64,000 nt of DNA from assembly GCA_977017645.1 (NCBI GenBank), contig OZ360237.1, positions 15,686,001 through 15,750,000 on the forward strand, given 5' to 3'. This DNA comes from Torpedo marmorata (lineage: Eukaryota). Below are positions 46,380 to 58,479 of the stretch, piece after piece. A program made the position numbers and the translations under genes. Position 1 is the first letter of the stretch, and the number at the start of each line of letters is the position of its first letter. The notes beneath the pieces are model-generated. The model did not search any database, was not told where the DNA came from, and worked only from the letters and a program-made list of their open reading frames with translations.

Positions 46380-49050
46380 CCTACAACCTTTGTTATTAAT
46401 ATGTTACAGCCTGTCTCAGTGTGGTGGCGATGGGATAGAGGCGGAATTAATTAGTGCATTACTTGCACTGCTCCTATTGGATTATGGCTTCTCAATTTTA
46501 TTTTTCTTAAATTCCATTTCTCATCATTGTTGCTTAATGCTATAGATCAATCTTTCGCTGCTGAAGAGCATGTTTTGTCTGGTCTCCTGTAGTTTATCTG
46601 TCCAGGTTATCTTGCTCAGTTTATCTCATTCCTTCAAATCTGTGATCTCCCTCCTCTGCCTCAGACATTGCCAAATGTAATGGCCACTGTTTGCAAAATG
46701 ATTCCTCACTGTTAGATTAAATCTAGCGTGTAACTTGGTACAATTTCTAACATGACTCGTTCTCCTGGAGGTATTACAGTTTTTTTGTAATAAGATGAGG
46801 TAGACTTTGTACGTATGGAAAAAATTAGTTAAGACCAAAGTTGGGCCCTTTAAGACAGAAACGGGTGAAATTATTATGGGGAACAAGGAAATGGCAGACG
46901 AGTTGAACAGGTACTTTGGATCTGTCTTCACTAGGGAAGACACAAACAACCTCCCAGATGTAATAGTGGACAGAGGACCTAGGGTAACGGAGGAACTGAA
47001 GGAAATTCACATTAGGCATAAAATGGTGTTGGGTACACTGATGGGACTGAAGGCTGATAAATCCCCAGGGTGCTTAAGGAGGTGGCTCTAGAAATAGTGG
47101 ACGCATTGGTAATCATTTTCCAATGTTCTATAGATTCAGGATCAGTTCCTGCGGATTGGAGGGTAGCTAATGTTATCCCACTTTTTAAGAAAGGAGGGAG
47201 AGAAAACACGGAATTATAGACCAATTAGCCTGACATCAGTGGTGGGGAAGATGCTGGAGTCAATTATAAAAGATGAAATAGCAGCCCATTTGGATAGCAG
47301 TAACAGGATCGGTCCGAATCAGCATAGATTTACGAAAGGGAAATCATGCTTGACTAATCTTCTGGAATTTTTTGAGGATGTAACTATGAAAATGGACAAG
47401 GGAGAGTCAGTGGATGTAGTGTATCTGGACTTTCAGAAAGCCTCTGATAAGGTCCCACATAGGAGATTAGTGGGAAAATTAGAGCACATGGTATTGGGGG
47501 TAAGGTACTGACGGATAGAAAATTGGTTGGCAGACAGGAAACAAAGAGAAGGGATTAACGGGTCCCTTTCAGAATGGCAGGCAGTGACTAGTGGGGTACC
47601 GCAATGCTCGGTGCTGGGACCGCAGCTGTTTACAATATACATTAATGATTTAGATGAAGGGATTAAAAGTAACATTAGCAAATTTGCAGATGACACAAAG
47701 CTGGGTGGCAGTGTGAAATGTGAGGAGGATGTTATGAGAATGCAGGGTGACTTGGACAGGTTGGGTGAGTGGGCAAATGTATGGCAGATGCAGTTTAATG
47801 TGGATAAATGTGAGGTTATCCACTTTGGTGGCAAGAACAGGAAGGCAGTTTATTATCTGAATGGTGTCAAGTTAGGAAAAGGGGAAGTACGAGATCTAGG
47901 TGTCCTTGTTCATCAGTCACTGAAAGTAAGCATGCAGGTACAGCAGGCAGTGAAGAAAGCTAATGGCATGTTGGCCTTCATAACAAGGGGAGTTGAGTAT
48001 GGGAGCAAAGAGGTCCTTCTGCAGTTGTACAGGGCCCTGGTGAGACCACACCTAGAGTATTGTGTGCAGTTTTGGTCTCCAGGTTTGAGGAAGGACATTC
48101 TTGCTTTTGAGGGAGTGCAGCGTAGGTTCACGAGGTTAATTCCCGGGATGGCGGGACTGTCATATGTTGAAAGATTGGAGCGATTGGGCTTGTATACACT
48201 GGAATTTAGAAGGATGAGAGGGGATCTGGTTGAAACATATAAGATTATTAAGGGATTGGACACACTAGAGGCAGGAAACATGTTCCCGATGTTGGGAGAG
48301 TGAGAACCAGAGGCCACAGTTTAAGAATAATGGGTAGGCCATTTAGAACGGAGTTGAGGAAAATCTTTTTTCACCCAGAGAGTTGTGGATCTGTGGAATG
48401 CTCTGCCTCAGAAGGCAATGGAGGCCAATTCTCTGGATGCTTTCAAGAGTTAGATAGAGCTCTTAAAGATAGCGGAGTCAAGGGATATGGGGAGAAGGCA
48501 GGAACGGGGTACTGATAGTGGATGATCAGCCATGATCACAGTGAATGGCGGTGCTGGCTCGAAGAGCTGAATGGCCTACTCCAGCACCTATTGTCTATTT
48601 TTTTCTTAACTTGAGTGTGATTGAACTGATGCTTGACACTCATCGTTTACAGTAAAGGTTATATCAATAACTGGAGGCTGCCAATGGCAGAGTTTCAGAT
48701 TCTGAGTTCAGTCCCATTTCATCATTGCACTAATTCATTGCTGGTGTGCTTTATAGCCAGGTTTGTTTCAAATATAATTCCTGGTTTTTCCATAGTCTCT
48801 GAGTTGCCATTTGGATCAACTAGTGGGGGGTTGCGTTACATCTGTCAGTTTTCAGTTCAGAATGACTTTTGCATGTTTCTTGCAGTCACCTTGGAGTGAT
48901 ATGTGAATCCATGACCTTCTCACTCTGAGGCACATTGTGGAGTGACCTTCGGAAATGCACATCAGGAAGATGTGTATTTAACTCCTGATTAACTGATATT
49001 GACCAACAGTCGACCAAAGTCTTCCCCCTGCAGGATCTGACTTTTTTTTT
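46380..49050 (-). pseudogene. NS1: Influenza-like NS segment EVE (49050-48600 plus 46811-46380, split by CR1)
   Basis: VDCW...LPDVHFRRSL~VDCF...LGDAPFLDRL; EGHGFTY~RGRGSTL; IGSLQLLI~AGSLCIRM; SVKHQF~ILKANF; across the CR1, VYLILLQ~ETLILLR; GERVMLEIVP~EGAIVGEISP; DKLSKITW~ETLQRFAW. Confidence 0.7.
46812..48599 (+). mobile_element. CR1 (RT plus 3' tail) inserted in the NS EVE
   Basis: ADELNRYFGSVFT, NYRPISLTS, FADDTKLGG; (CTATTGT) tail. Confidence 0.9.
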
Positions 49051-49079
49051 ATAAGCTGCACATTGAAGAATCTGCAAGG

Positions 49080-50050
49080 AAAATTATTTTTCTTTCACAA
49101 ATAAGATTAACCCAAGGATCATCTACATTGTTTTTTCCCCACAATGACTTTGCAGACCGATTTGTTTGCAGAATTGTAAGAGAAACTTCTCCAGGTGCAG
49201 ATAATCTCAGAGCTCTTTCCCCATCATGACTCTTCAGTGAAAATTGAGGACACAGATCGGGATTCGAGTGCAGGGCTTTGTGAGGAATAAACTATCCAGG
49301 GAAAGGACCAACCACATGGAGCGATTTATGACAACCAGTGCCACTGGTTTGATTCTTTTGTAAAACAAGAAGAGGGATTTGGGTACGAACCAGGGTAATT
49401 TTGCCAAGAAGCTATAGACAGCCTGAACCAATGGTGCTGATGGGGCCAAAAAGGGGTGAGTAGTGTCCAGAATTTAATGCTGTGTCAGATCGTTACGACA
49501 TTGTATTTTTTTATCGTATAATCCTATATTATAAAATTTAATTTGTGGTTTCTTGTCATATGTTATATTATTTGCAGTTTTTTACATTACATCAGTTGTA
49601 AAATAAAGCTAATATAACATATCTTTTTCAATAAACTCAAATTGTCGATATTTTGAAGAGAGGTCCTGCATCAGGACTGAGAGAAGATAGCCAGTCGAGC
49701 CATCCACCTATCACCTACTGGTCCCTGCCCCACCCATTTCTGCACACCACCCTTTACACTGGCTTTCATCCCTCTCCACTCTCAGACCTGATCCACAGTC
49801 TTGACTCAAAACGTTGACCTTTCCTTTCCCCTATAGACGCTGCCTGACCAGCTGAGTTCCTCCAGCAGTTTGTTTTTTTGCTCCATATTCCAACATCTGC
49901 AGTCTCTCGTGTCTCCCTAACTTTTAAGAGTTGTGACTTGTGCTGTTTTGAGTCTTGTCTGCCTCTTCTCCACCTGGATGGTGTGGGGGTAACCACAGAA
50001 CAGAGAGGACTGCCAACCACGCTCCAGTAACACTGGTTCATAGACAGGAC
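49080..50050 (-). pseudogene. HA: Influenza B-like haemagglutinin HA1 EVE (split by a Penelope-like piece at 49670-49920)
   Basis: DL(fs)DTAL (49491-49475)~DLDVAL; SGCL*LLGKITLVRTQIPLLV (from 49426)~[20 protein letters not shown]; DLCPQ~GSCPN; AKSLWG~MAKLYG; upstream LFCGY..VTTL~ICIGY..VDTV. Confidence 0.68.
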
Positions 50051-50249
50051 ATGGGATGTATGGCATTGGACATCAGTAAGAGTTTTGAAGCAAATCTTGC
50101 AAATGGTTTAAAGAGAAACTTAAATGTACTTTTGGAAAAGCAGGTGACTGAAGGATTTTGGAGGGGCAGCCACAATAGGCTCAATGAGTTTTCCAATTCC
50201 AAAACATTGCAATACAATAAGGAGGCTGAGTGGAGCACAATCATTTAAT

Positions 50250-51430
50250 TTTTACTCTATCAGAACAGTCTTTTAGAAAAACCAGCAGATGGGGACATTT
50301 TCCCTCAAAGTTTTATTCCTCCAACAATATGTAAGGATTTGAAAAGAAATGTGAATGAGCCCACATTATTTTTCATACCAATTTAAGGAATAACTAAGAC
50401 TTCTGGAATATAATACAAAAGTCTGCAGACACCGTGATTGAAGTAAAAACACAATGCTGGAGAAACTCAGCAGGTCAGATCGTGTACTTTATACAGCAAA
50501 GGTAAAGATACATACATTTCAGGTTGAGCCCCTCCTCAAGGTAATAATAATACTGTCTGACCTGCTGAGTTTCTCCAGCATTGTGTTTTTACTTCTGTAA
50601 TACAATTCCTTTTACCAGAAACCTAGCTGACCTCTTCAAAATATTGCTTCATCCCACTGATGACAATATATTTTTTTGAAGGATCCTGGTTGTCCCTCAA
50701 CAAACGTTACCAACATAAAAGTTGGTAAAGGAGGAATGTGATTTAAAAAAAAAACCCAAAATGTAAATACTTTGATGTAACCTGGAATTATTTTAAACTG
50801 ATCCATTGAACTAAGTAAATTTACAACACATAATGAGGGCATTTGGCACATCTCTGCTGCTGGTTGCATGCTTCAGCAAGCTGAATCATTGCCTCCATCT
50901 CTTACAACCTTTTTCCACCTGCTCCCCTTTTTTGATTATTTATATTTTTCCCTGAAAGCCATTCCATCCACCAACAAACCGATGCATAAAGCATCTTCTC
51001 TTTGTTCACACTGATCACAGAAAACTGATTTCCTGATTACAAGAAAAATTTCCATCTTCATTTAACTTATTCATTGCACTTCACTATTTTTAAACATCTC
51101 TAATAAAACACTCATTGCTTACTCTGCTCCAACATAAATGGTTGCAATATCACCTGACAAAAATAATCTTGAAAACATGGCATCAGCATTTTGAATCTCT
51201 GGCCTTAATATTTCAATAGTGATTCGTCCTAAATTCCATGGTGTACTCTAATATGGCCTTGTTAATGAAAACCAGTGCTTTCAGAACAGTAGTTACTTCA
51301 ACCCCTGATTATTTAATAGTTTATTCTTATCCATCAATATTTTTCCATTATCTGTATACTCTCATTTTATTTCATGCCCCTACAATGAAATGTCCTTCTC
51401 TAAACATCCCTCCATACTGTTGTAACAGCA
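50250..51430 (-). pseudogene. PB2: Influenza-like PB2 EVE, about aa 80-340
   Basis: VGAE*AMSVLLEMFKNSEV~LSAKEAQDVIMEVVFPNEV (gapless); MHRFVG~LHLTQG; *SMQPAA~QSLIIAA; LRDN~LRQN; IGMKNNVGSFTF~MGLRISSSFSF. Confidence 0.62.
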
Positions 51431-51449
51431 GCAGATTAATTATTTATTT

Positions 51450-51660
51450 TAAAAAATTTAGACATACAGCACGGTAACAGGCTATTTCAGCCCACGAGTC
51501 CGTGCCGCGCCCAATTTACACCCAATTAACCTACACCCCTGGAATGTTTCGAACAGTGGGAGGAACCCGGAGCCCCCACGCAAACATGGGTAAAACGTAC
51601 AAACTCCTTACAGACAGCACGGGATTCGAACGCCGGTCCGGTCCCGATAGCTGGCGCTGA
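51450..51660 (-). mobile_element. tRNA-SINE (same family as 45985-46228)
   Basis: Shared head and tail. Confidence 0.8.
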
Positions 51661-51769
51661 TGGGCTTTATTTAAGAAGGGAGCTGGTGTAAGTCAAGAAA
51701 ATACAGTGCAAACAACTCAATATTAACTCAAACATTAAATATAAAAACATTTATAAATTGAAAATATCA

Positions 51770-52240
51770 TCAGCCAGGGCTTGTTGCCAGGATCATGCTG
51801 CCTTTGCTATGTATACCAATGACAAGTCTGCCTTTTCTAGATCTGTCAGTATCTACTTTCTGCCCAAAATGGACTAGATTCATGACGACAAAGCTTTGTG
51901 GCACCAGGACCCTGTACAACAACATGCTGTGTCTTGTGGGTAGAACATGGAACAGTTGAAAATAATTCATACCACTCGTAAAACAACATCGAAGATGGCA
52001 TCATTTTGATTGTCCCTGACCTAGTAGAAGTGTAGCGGGCATATATTTTGTAATATAATTGCTGGATAGCTTTGTCAAGTCTATGTTCAGCTGCTGTAAT
52101 CCGCGAGTCCAAAGTTGGCATGCGAATGGGGACAGTAATTGGCAGAACTGAATCAGCAAACTTGGGACTTCCTCATTCGCTCAACTTTACTGAACATCCT
52201 GACATTGCCAAGCTACTACCAGTAAAATACGTCTGCACCA
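51770..52240 (+). pseudogene. NA: Influenza-like neuraminidase EVE, C-terminal, about aa 345-469
   Basis: FAMYTNDKSAFSRSVSIYFLPKMD*IHDDKALWHQD~[36 protein letters not shown]; CWIAL~FWVEL; SWHA~TWHS; EHPDIAKLLP~SWPDGAELP. Confidence 0.62.
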
Positions 52241-52423
52241 GATTTCAAAATGGAAAATAATAACTTGAGCATTAATTGTTCAGAGTACAATACTAAAGTG
52301 TTGACAAGGCTAATATAGGAATGTAATATATTTGTTACTTTCATAAGGCCTTCAATAAAGTATCACCGTGGCAATTTGTAACAAAGGTAAGGAAATAACA
52401 CTGCTGATTAACAAGGGCATATA

Positions 52424-54033
52424 CAGTGCCCTCCATAATGTTTGGGGCAAAGACACTTTTTTCCTTTATTTGCCTCTGTGCTCCAGTTTTAAATTTGTAA
52501 TCAAACAATTCACATATGATTAAAGTGCACATTCCAGATTTTTTTTATACATTTTGGTTTGACCATGTAGAAATTACAGCACTTTTTATACGTAGTTCCT
52601 CCATTTCAGGGCACCATAATGTTTGGGACATTTGGCTTCACAGGTGTTTGTGAGTACTCAGGTGTGTTTAATTGCTTCATTGGTGTAAGAGAGCTAGGCT
52701 TGCTTCTAAGCTTTTAATCACCTTTGGAGTCTGTAGTTTCCATTTTTCAACATGAGGACCAGAGTTGTGCCAATGAAAGTCAAAGAAGCCATTATGAGGC
52801 TGAAAAACAAGAATAAAACAGTAAGAGACATCAGCCAAACTTTAGGATTACCAAAATCAACTGTTTGGAACATCATTAAGAAGAAAGAGTGTACAGGTGA
52901 GCTCAGTAATCGTAAAGGGACTGGTAGGCCAAGGAAGACCTCCACTGCTGACGACAGAATTATCATTAAGAAAAAAAAATCCCTAAACGCCTGTCCGACA
53001 GATCAGAAACACTCTTCAGGAGGCAGGTGTGGATGTGTCAATGACTACTGTCTGCAGAAGACTTCATGAACAGAAATAGAGGCTACACTGTAAGATGCAA
53101 ACTAGTTAGCCACAGAAACAGGATGGCCAGATTACAGTTTGCCAAGAAGTATTTAGAAGAGCCTGCAGAATTCTGGAAAAAGGTCTTGTGGACAGTTGAG
53201 ACCAAGATTAACCTGTATCAGAGTGATGGCAAGAGCAAAGTGTGGAGGTGTAAAGGAACTGCCCAAGATCCAATGCATTCCACCTCATCTGTGAAACATG
53301 GTTGTGGGGGTGTTATGACCTGGGCATGTATGGCTGCCACAGGTACTGGCGCACTTATCTTCATTGATGATGTAATTGCTGATGGCAGTAGCAAAATTAA
53401 TTCCGAGGTGTATAGAAACATCTTATCTGCTCAAGTTTGCGCAAATACCTCCAAACTCATTGGATGGCGCTTCATCCTACAGCAAGACAATGATCCCAAA
53501 CATACTACTAAAGCAACAAAGGAGTTTTTCAAAGCTGAAAACTGGAAAATTCTTGAATGGCCAAGTCAGTCACCCGATCTAAATCCAATTGAGCATGCCT
53601 TCCATGTGCTGAAGAGAAATCTTAAGGGGACAAGCCCCCGAAACAGGCAGGAGCTGAAGATGGCTGCAGTAGAGGCCTGGCAGAGTGACACCAGAGAAGA
53701 TACTCAGCACCTGGTGATGTCTATGAATCACAGACTTCAAGCAATCATTGCATGCAAGGGATATGCAACAAAGTACTAATCGTGACTACTTTAATATACA
53801 TACCATTGCTATGTCCCAAATATTATGGTGCCCTGAAATGAGGGGACTATGTATAATAAGTGCTGTAATTTCTACATGGTAAAACCAAAATGTACACAAA
53901 TACCCTTAAATAAAATCTGGCATGTGCACTTTAATCACATGTGAATTGTTTGATTACAAATTTAAAACTGTGGAGCACAGGGACAAATAAAGGGTAAAAA
54001 ATGTCTTTGTCCCAAACATTATGGAGGGCACTG
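52424..54033 (+). mobile_element. Tc1-family DNA transposon, full length, inactive
   Basis: Long TIRs (CAGTGCCCTCCATAATGTTTGGG...) with internal direct repeats; TA TSD; transposase 52752-53779 frameshifted; GRPRK, WTVETK (catalytic D lost), QDNDPKH, SPDLNPIE. Confidence 0.95.
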
Positions 54034-54309
54034 TAGATTATTCAGTTTCTGTTTATCCGTTTCTCTGCTTTGTTTGAAAACTATAAAACTGCAGATGCTG
54101 AAAATCTGAAATAAAAACTGAAACTGCTCGAAATAATCAGCAGGTCAGGTAACATCTGTGGAATGAGGAACAGTGTTAACATTTCAGTTCCAAGTATCTA
54201 CAACAGAACCTGAATCATTAAGTCTGTTTCTCTTCCTGTCCTGCTGAGTGCTTCCAACATTTTCTGTTTTTTTATCTCTGCCTGCTGTCTTAACTTGGGG
54301 AGGGGGTTG

Positions 54310-54790
54310 CAATTTTATGGAAAATAAAACCGAGATGAAGGGAGCAGGTTTTGGTGGGTGAGTGTATGTTCAAAGGGATACATGTAAGAGTAAAATTAGC
54401 AGAAATATATTGTAAAACAATATTGCAAGAGCAAAAATACAAGTGGGCATTTTAGAGACAATGGGAATAAAGAGGTGGGCGAGACATGAGATACTTTGTT
54501 TCTGCTTTCATCGTGGTAGACACAGTCTGTCCCAGTAAAAAACTGGGGAGCGAAAAGTTGAATGGAAGTAAATAATTTAAAGTAATCAATATCATTTAAG
54601 ATTAAGCACTGGAAAAATCAAGTCTCAGGTGGGTAGTGGAAGGCGGAAATGGTTTGATATATACCCAGAACATAATAGCCTTCATCCTAAGATTTTAAGG
54701 GATACAAGGGCAGCAATGCAGAATGATCTTGGCTTAGAACAGAATTAAGATTCATTAAGAGTAGCCATAATCTTGTAATGACACCAAGGA
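54310..54790 (+). pseudogene. PB2: Influenza-like PB2 EVE, about aa 570-720
   Basis: YCKTILQEQK~FVRTLFQQMR; VGILETMGIK~LGTFDTAQII; ILCFCF~LLPFAA; shares about 95 bp with 55770-55865. Confidence 0.5.
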
Positions 54791-55029
54791 GTCCAGTCCA
54801 TCTGGTTCATTCATCTCATTCCCCCTTGTTTTGCTTTACCCCTGCATCTTATTATCTCACAGATCCCTGTCAACTCCCCTTTAATTCTTGTTTTTTTTTC
54901 CATTAGAAGCGGTAATATGCAGTAGCCTATTAACTCATCAGGACATCTTTGGAATGTGGGCTAAAACCAGAGTACCTGGAAGAACTCGTACAATAATGGG
55001 CCAAATGTACAAACTCTGCTAATTGCTGC

Positions 55030-55865
55030 ATCGCCTGGAAAATGACAGACAAAAATACTGGTGGAAGTAGTTTATGGGTTTATCAGAAGTAACATCACAA
55101 TTGGAGGGAATGGTACTTGGGAAACAAGAGATTCTAAACATAAGGAAAAGATTAATTATGGGAGGAATTTAATCGTCCAATGGACCGAGCAAATTCAAAT
55201 GGCAAAATTAATTGGCAAAAGAATTCATAGTTTGCATTTGGGATAACTTCCTGGAGTAATGTGCTGTGAAAGAAATACTTACACCTTTACTTTGTGTAAT
55301 GGGACAGGGATAAATAATAATCTCGTAATGGATGAAAAGCGGACACAATGGCATGGATTTTGCTGGGATTTCTTTGCATGAGTGCTGGGGGATGGGGAAG
55401 GCTTCACTCAGCAAAATCAAAGAAATGTCACCATTTATTTTCAATTCTTGAGGGATAAAATTGAGTTTAAAACTAGTGTCTTTAACTTAGAACCAATTAC
55501 ATAGATATGAGGACTGAATTGGCTCAGTAGACTGGTAATTAAACAGTTCACTAAATAAATGATGTCAAATATTTGAAAATATTTTATAATTCCCAAAAGA
55601 GATACTTTCCATTGAAAGATGAAACTTTGCCAGAGAAGTGATTCATTCACGGCTCAGGAAGTTCAGGACAGAATTTAAATGCAATTAGCAGTTTATAATT
55701 TTGTCATGACTTGCAAGCCTGAATAAGAAGGAACAGCAAATGATTAAAAAATGGAATTGGGCAGAAAATACATTGTAAGAATAAACTTAGGAGAAATATA
55801 TTGTAAAACAATATTGCAAAGGCAAAAATATAAGTGGGTATTTTAGAGACAATGTGAATAAAGAA
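55030..55865 (+). pseudogene. PB2: Influenza-like PB2 EVE, about aa 330-610
   Basis: INYG/EEF~VHEGYEEF; GKRIHSLHLG~TRRLIQLIVSG; KRTQWH~RLNPMH; ENIL*FPKEI~GNVLLSPEEV; YCKTILQRQK~FVRTLFQQMR. Confidence 0.6.
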
Positions 55866-55906
55866 TTTAGACATACAGCAAGGTAACAGGCCCTTTCGGC
55901 CTCTGA

Positions 55907-56702
55907 AGATTCAAGATAATTTATTGTCATAGTAATAAGACAGTGTCATATTCCATGAAATTTATTTTTGCCTGCTGCAAGGCAGACAGATTCGCCACCG
56001 GCAGAAATTGCCTAAGCGCCTCTAACCTTCCTTACAGTCAGAGAAAGAGAAGCAAAAGAGAGTCCCCCCAGAGTCACCGAGTGTCCATAGATTCGCCTCC
56101 AGCGCTTCCGCAGCCACACAGAGTCCAGTCCAAACCATCGGCAACCCGAGCTCCAGATCCGAATCTCCAACACGGTCAGGTCGCCCTCGGCACCCCCTCG
56201 CATCCCAGTTCCGATACCTGGTACTCCTCAAGCCAGTTCGAGCCAGCCTCCAGCAGTCCGCAGCACGGCATGAGTCCCCCGACAGCAGTCTCCAGCAGCC
56301 CACAGTCTCCGCGGGTTCCTCGCCTCGAGTTGCCAGCAAACCACCGCATGCACTGGTCCTTCAGCCTCAGAGCCCCTCACCGGTCCGCCGCCGTGGTCAC
56401 CGTCCCGTGGGTCGTCTCCTCCGTTTCTCCTTCTCAGACGGGGGGTGATCTTCCCGTTCTCTGGTGCCCTGCTCCAGTCCTCCACTTCCCAGGAATCTAC
56501 AGCCCCTCGTGGCTGCTGCCGGTTAAAAGGCACTGCCATCTTGGTCGTGGGATCTTAAATAAAACCATTGTCGGCTCCTTTAACGGGCCGTTCAAAGCCC
56601 GTGCGGAACCGACGGCAGTCAACTAGGCGGCTGGACCCCGCGGGAGTGCTGTATCTCTGCTCTCACGCTCCCCGCGGGTCCGCACCAGCGGCAGCGCCGC
56701 CA
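55907..56702 (-). mobile_element. Second copy of the GC-rich non-autonomous retroelement
   Basis: Reverse-complement match to 29822-30662 along its length. Confidence 0.85.
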
Positions 56703-56709
56703 TTACGCA

Positions 56710-57960
56710 CATATTATCAATTAAAAACATAAATAAGCAAGAAAAAGGCACACCTAAATGTACTTTTAAAATTCAGGCTGACAAGCCTATTCAAATAAAA
56801 TGGGGTTGGCTATATGGGCTCTGGATGGTGTAAAGCTGAGGGTCCAGATACAAGGGGTGTCTGGCATCTCAACTCAGAAGATTATCAATGGACTCCCCTT
56901 TGAGTTCAGCGGTGGAGTGAGGTGTTAGATGTGCATACCTCTGATCTTTGCATCCATGTGCCCGTGGTTTTGTATGAAATAACTGGCCTCGTGGGCAACA
57001 CTTGCTTGCTAAAGGCTGAATGTTTAGTTCCATTCCAAAGCAGACATCTGTCAAAAACATGCCAGTGTTGCCAATGAAGCCATCAGCAAACAACAAAGAG
57101 GACAAAAAAGTTGGTGAAGCACAAAATGTTTATAAGCGAAGACAAAGATGCCCTACAAAACGTAAAAGTTTTATCCCTCCACAGTTCGACCTTTGAAGTG
57201 GATGCTCCTGATGTACAGGTGCTGAAACATAGAATATTCCACTTTCTAATCCATAAATGCATGTTCCAGTTATTAAAACAGGAGGAGGAATCTTTGCTTA
57301 TCCCTTCCACCTCACTTTTCTCTTGTAGAAAGCCATGAGGCACAAAACACATTAGAAGGGGATCATTCTTGGGGATTTCCTGGACTGTATGAATTAACAT
57401 TACAACAGATTCTTGAGGAATGAATAAACATTTAATTGATTTGTTTCCCTTTGTTGTCATAGTGAAATCTACATGAAGAGTTTATTACATTAGGATATTT
57501 TGTGTTGCCTCTAAAATGTAAGTTATTTTTAAACATACTCGTTTTTCTATATTAAATAACATGATTGATATGTGAATTCCAGATGTTCAATTTTGGTTTT
57601 AGAAAATTAATGGCAATCTTCTAATTCACAAATTTTTTGGATTTTAGTTGACTTGTCTACAAAACAATGTGTTCTAGCTTGCTTCCTGATGCAAATTCTT
57701 TGCTTGCATGACTGTTGTAAACAGCTTGCAACTTGGATCATTTTCAGTTTAAAATCTGTAGCTGTCTGAATCATGCATTAAGTATTTACTCCAGCATTAA
57801 ATTTCCCTCTCTTCTAATGTCAGTTTAAAATGACCTGTCAAACAAAACAATATAAATCAAGCCTGTGATGCAGAAAAGGAGTCACATTCATAACTCCAAA
57901 ATGTAGAAAGAGGCCCAAATTTGATCTCATGATTGCAGCAAGAATACATTTTCCTTGGGT
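56710..57960 (-). pseudogene. NP: Influenza-like NP EVE, about aa 120-430
   Basis: GNKSIKCLFIPQESVVMLIHTV~[22 protein letters not shown] (gapless, ORF 57083-57460); FASGSKL~MQGSTL; FLTDVCFG~LFFMSCFG; KCCPRGQL~KVVPRGQL. Confidence 0.72.
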
Positions 57961-58004
57961 ATGTGAAACAGGATTAGAGTGCCCAGGTTTGGCAATTGAC
58001 CCCG

Positions 58005-58470
58005 AATTACAATGGTATAGTGTAGCTAGTAAAACTTCTGCCTAACAGATCCAGCAACCTGGATTTGATTCTGTGGGCCTGGTTTTTGTGATGGCATTAA
58101 CACCGACTTCTCCAGTTTCCTTTAAACACCCCCCTTTTTCCCCATCCCCTTTCCCCCATATCTCTCTCTCTCTCTTCCCTTTTCCCTGTCTCCTTTCACG
58201 AGCCAAAATCAATTCTCATCTTTTCTCTCATCATATCCAATTAACACCTTTTGACTGTTGGTCTGGACTCCTCCCCCTGCCATTCTTCAGTCTTTATTCA
58301 GATGCCTTCCTGTTTTTGTTGCTTATACCTTTAAGACGGGCTCAGGCCCAAAAGGTTGGTACTATATCTTTACCTCCTATGGATGCTATGAGACCGGCTG
58401 AGTTCTTCCAGCATTTCTTTGTGTTTTTACAACAATCACAAGCGTCTGCAGACTTCAGTGTTTCACTCGG
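58005..58470 (+). mobile_element. SINE remnant plus Penelope-like terminal repeat
   Basis: Reverse-complement similarity to 28000-28180 (gctgagttcttccagc...tctgcagactt). Confidence 0.55.
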
Positions 58471-58479
58471 TTTGTGTAC

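Noticed and set aside
51846-52121. Minus-strand ORF resembling PB2 aa ~540-590 (PSSMLFYEWYELFSTVP)
   Set aside because: The plus strand gives a longer ordered match to the NA C-terminus; this shows that single by-eye motif matches can be chance.
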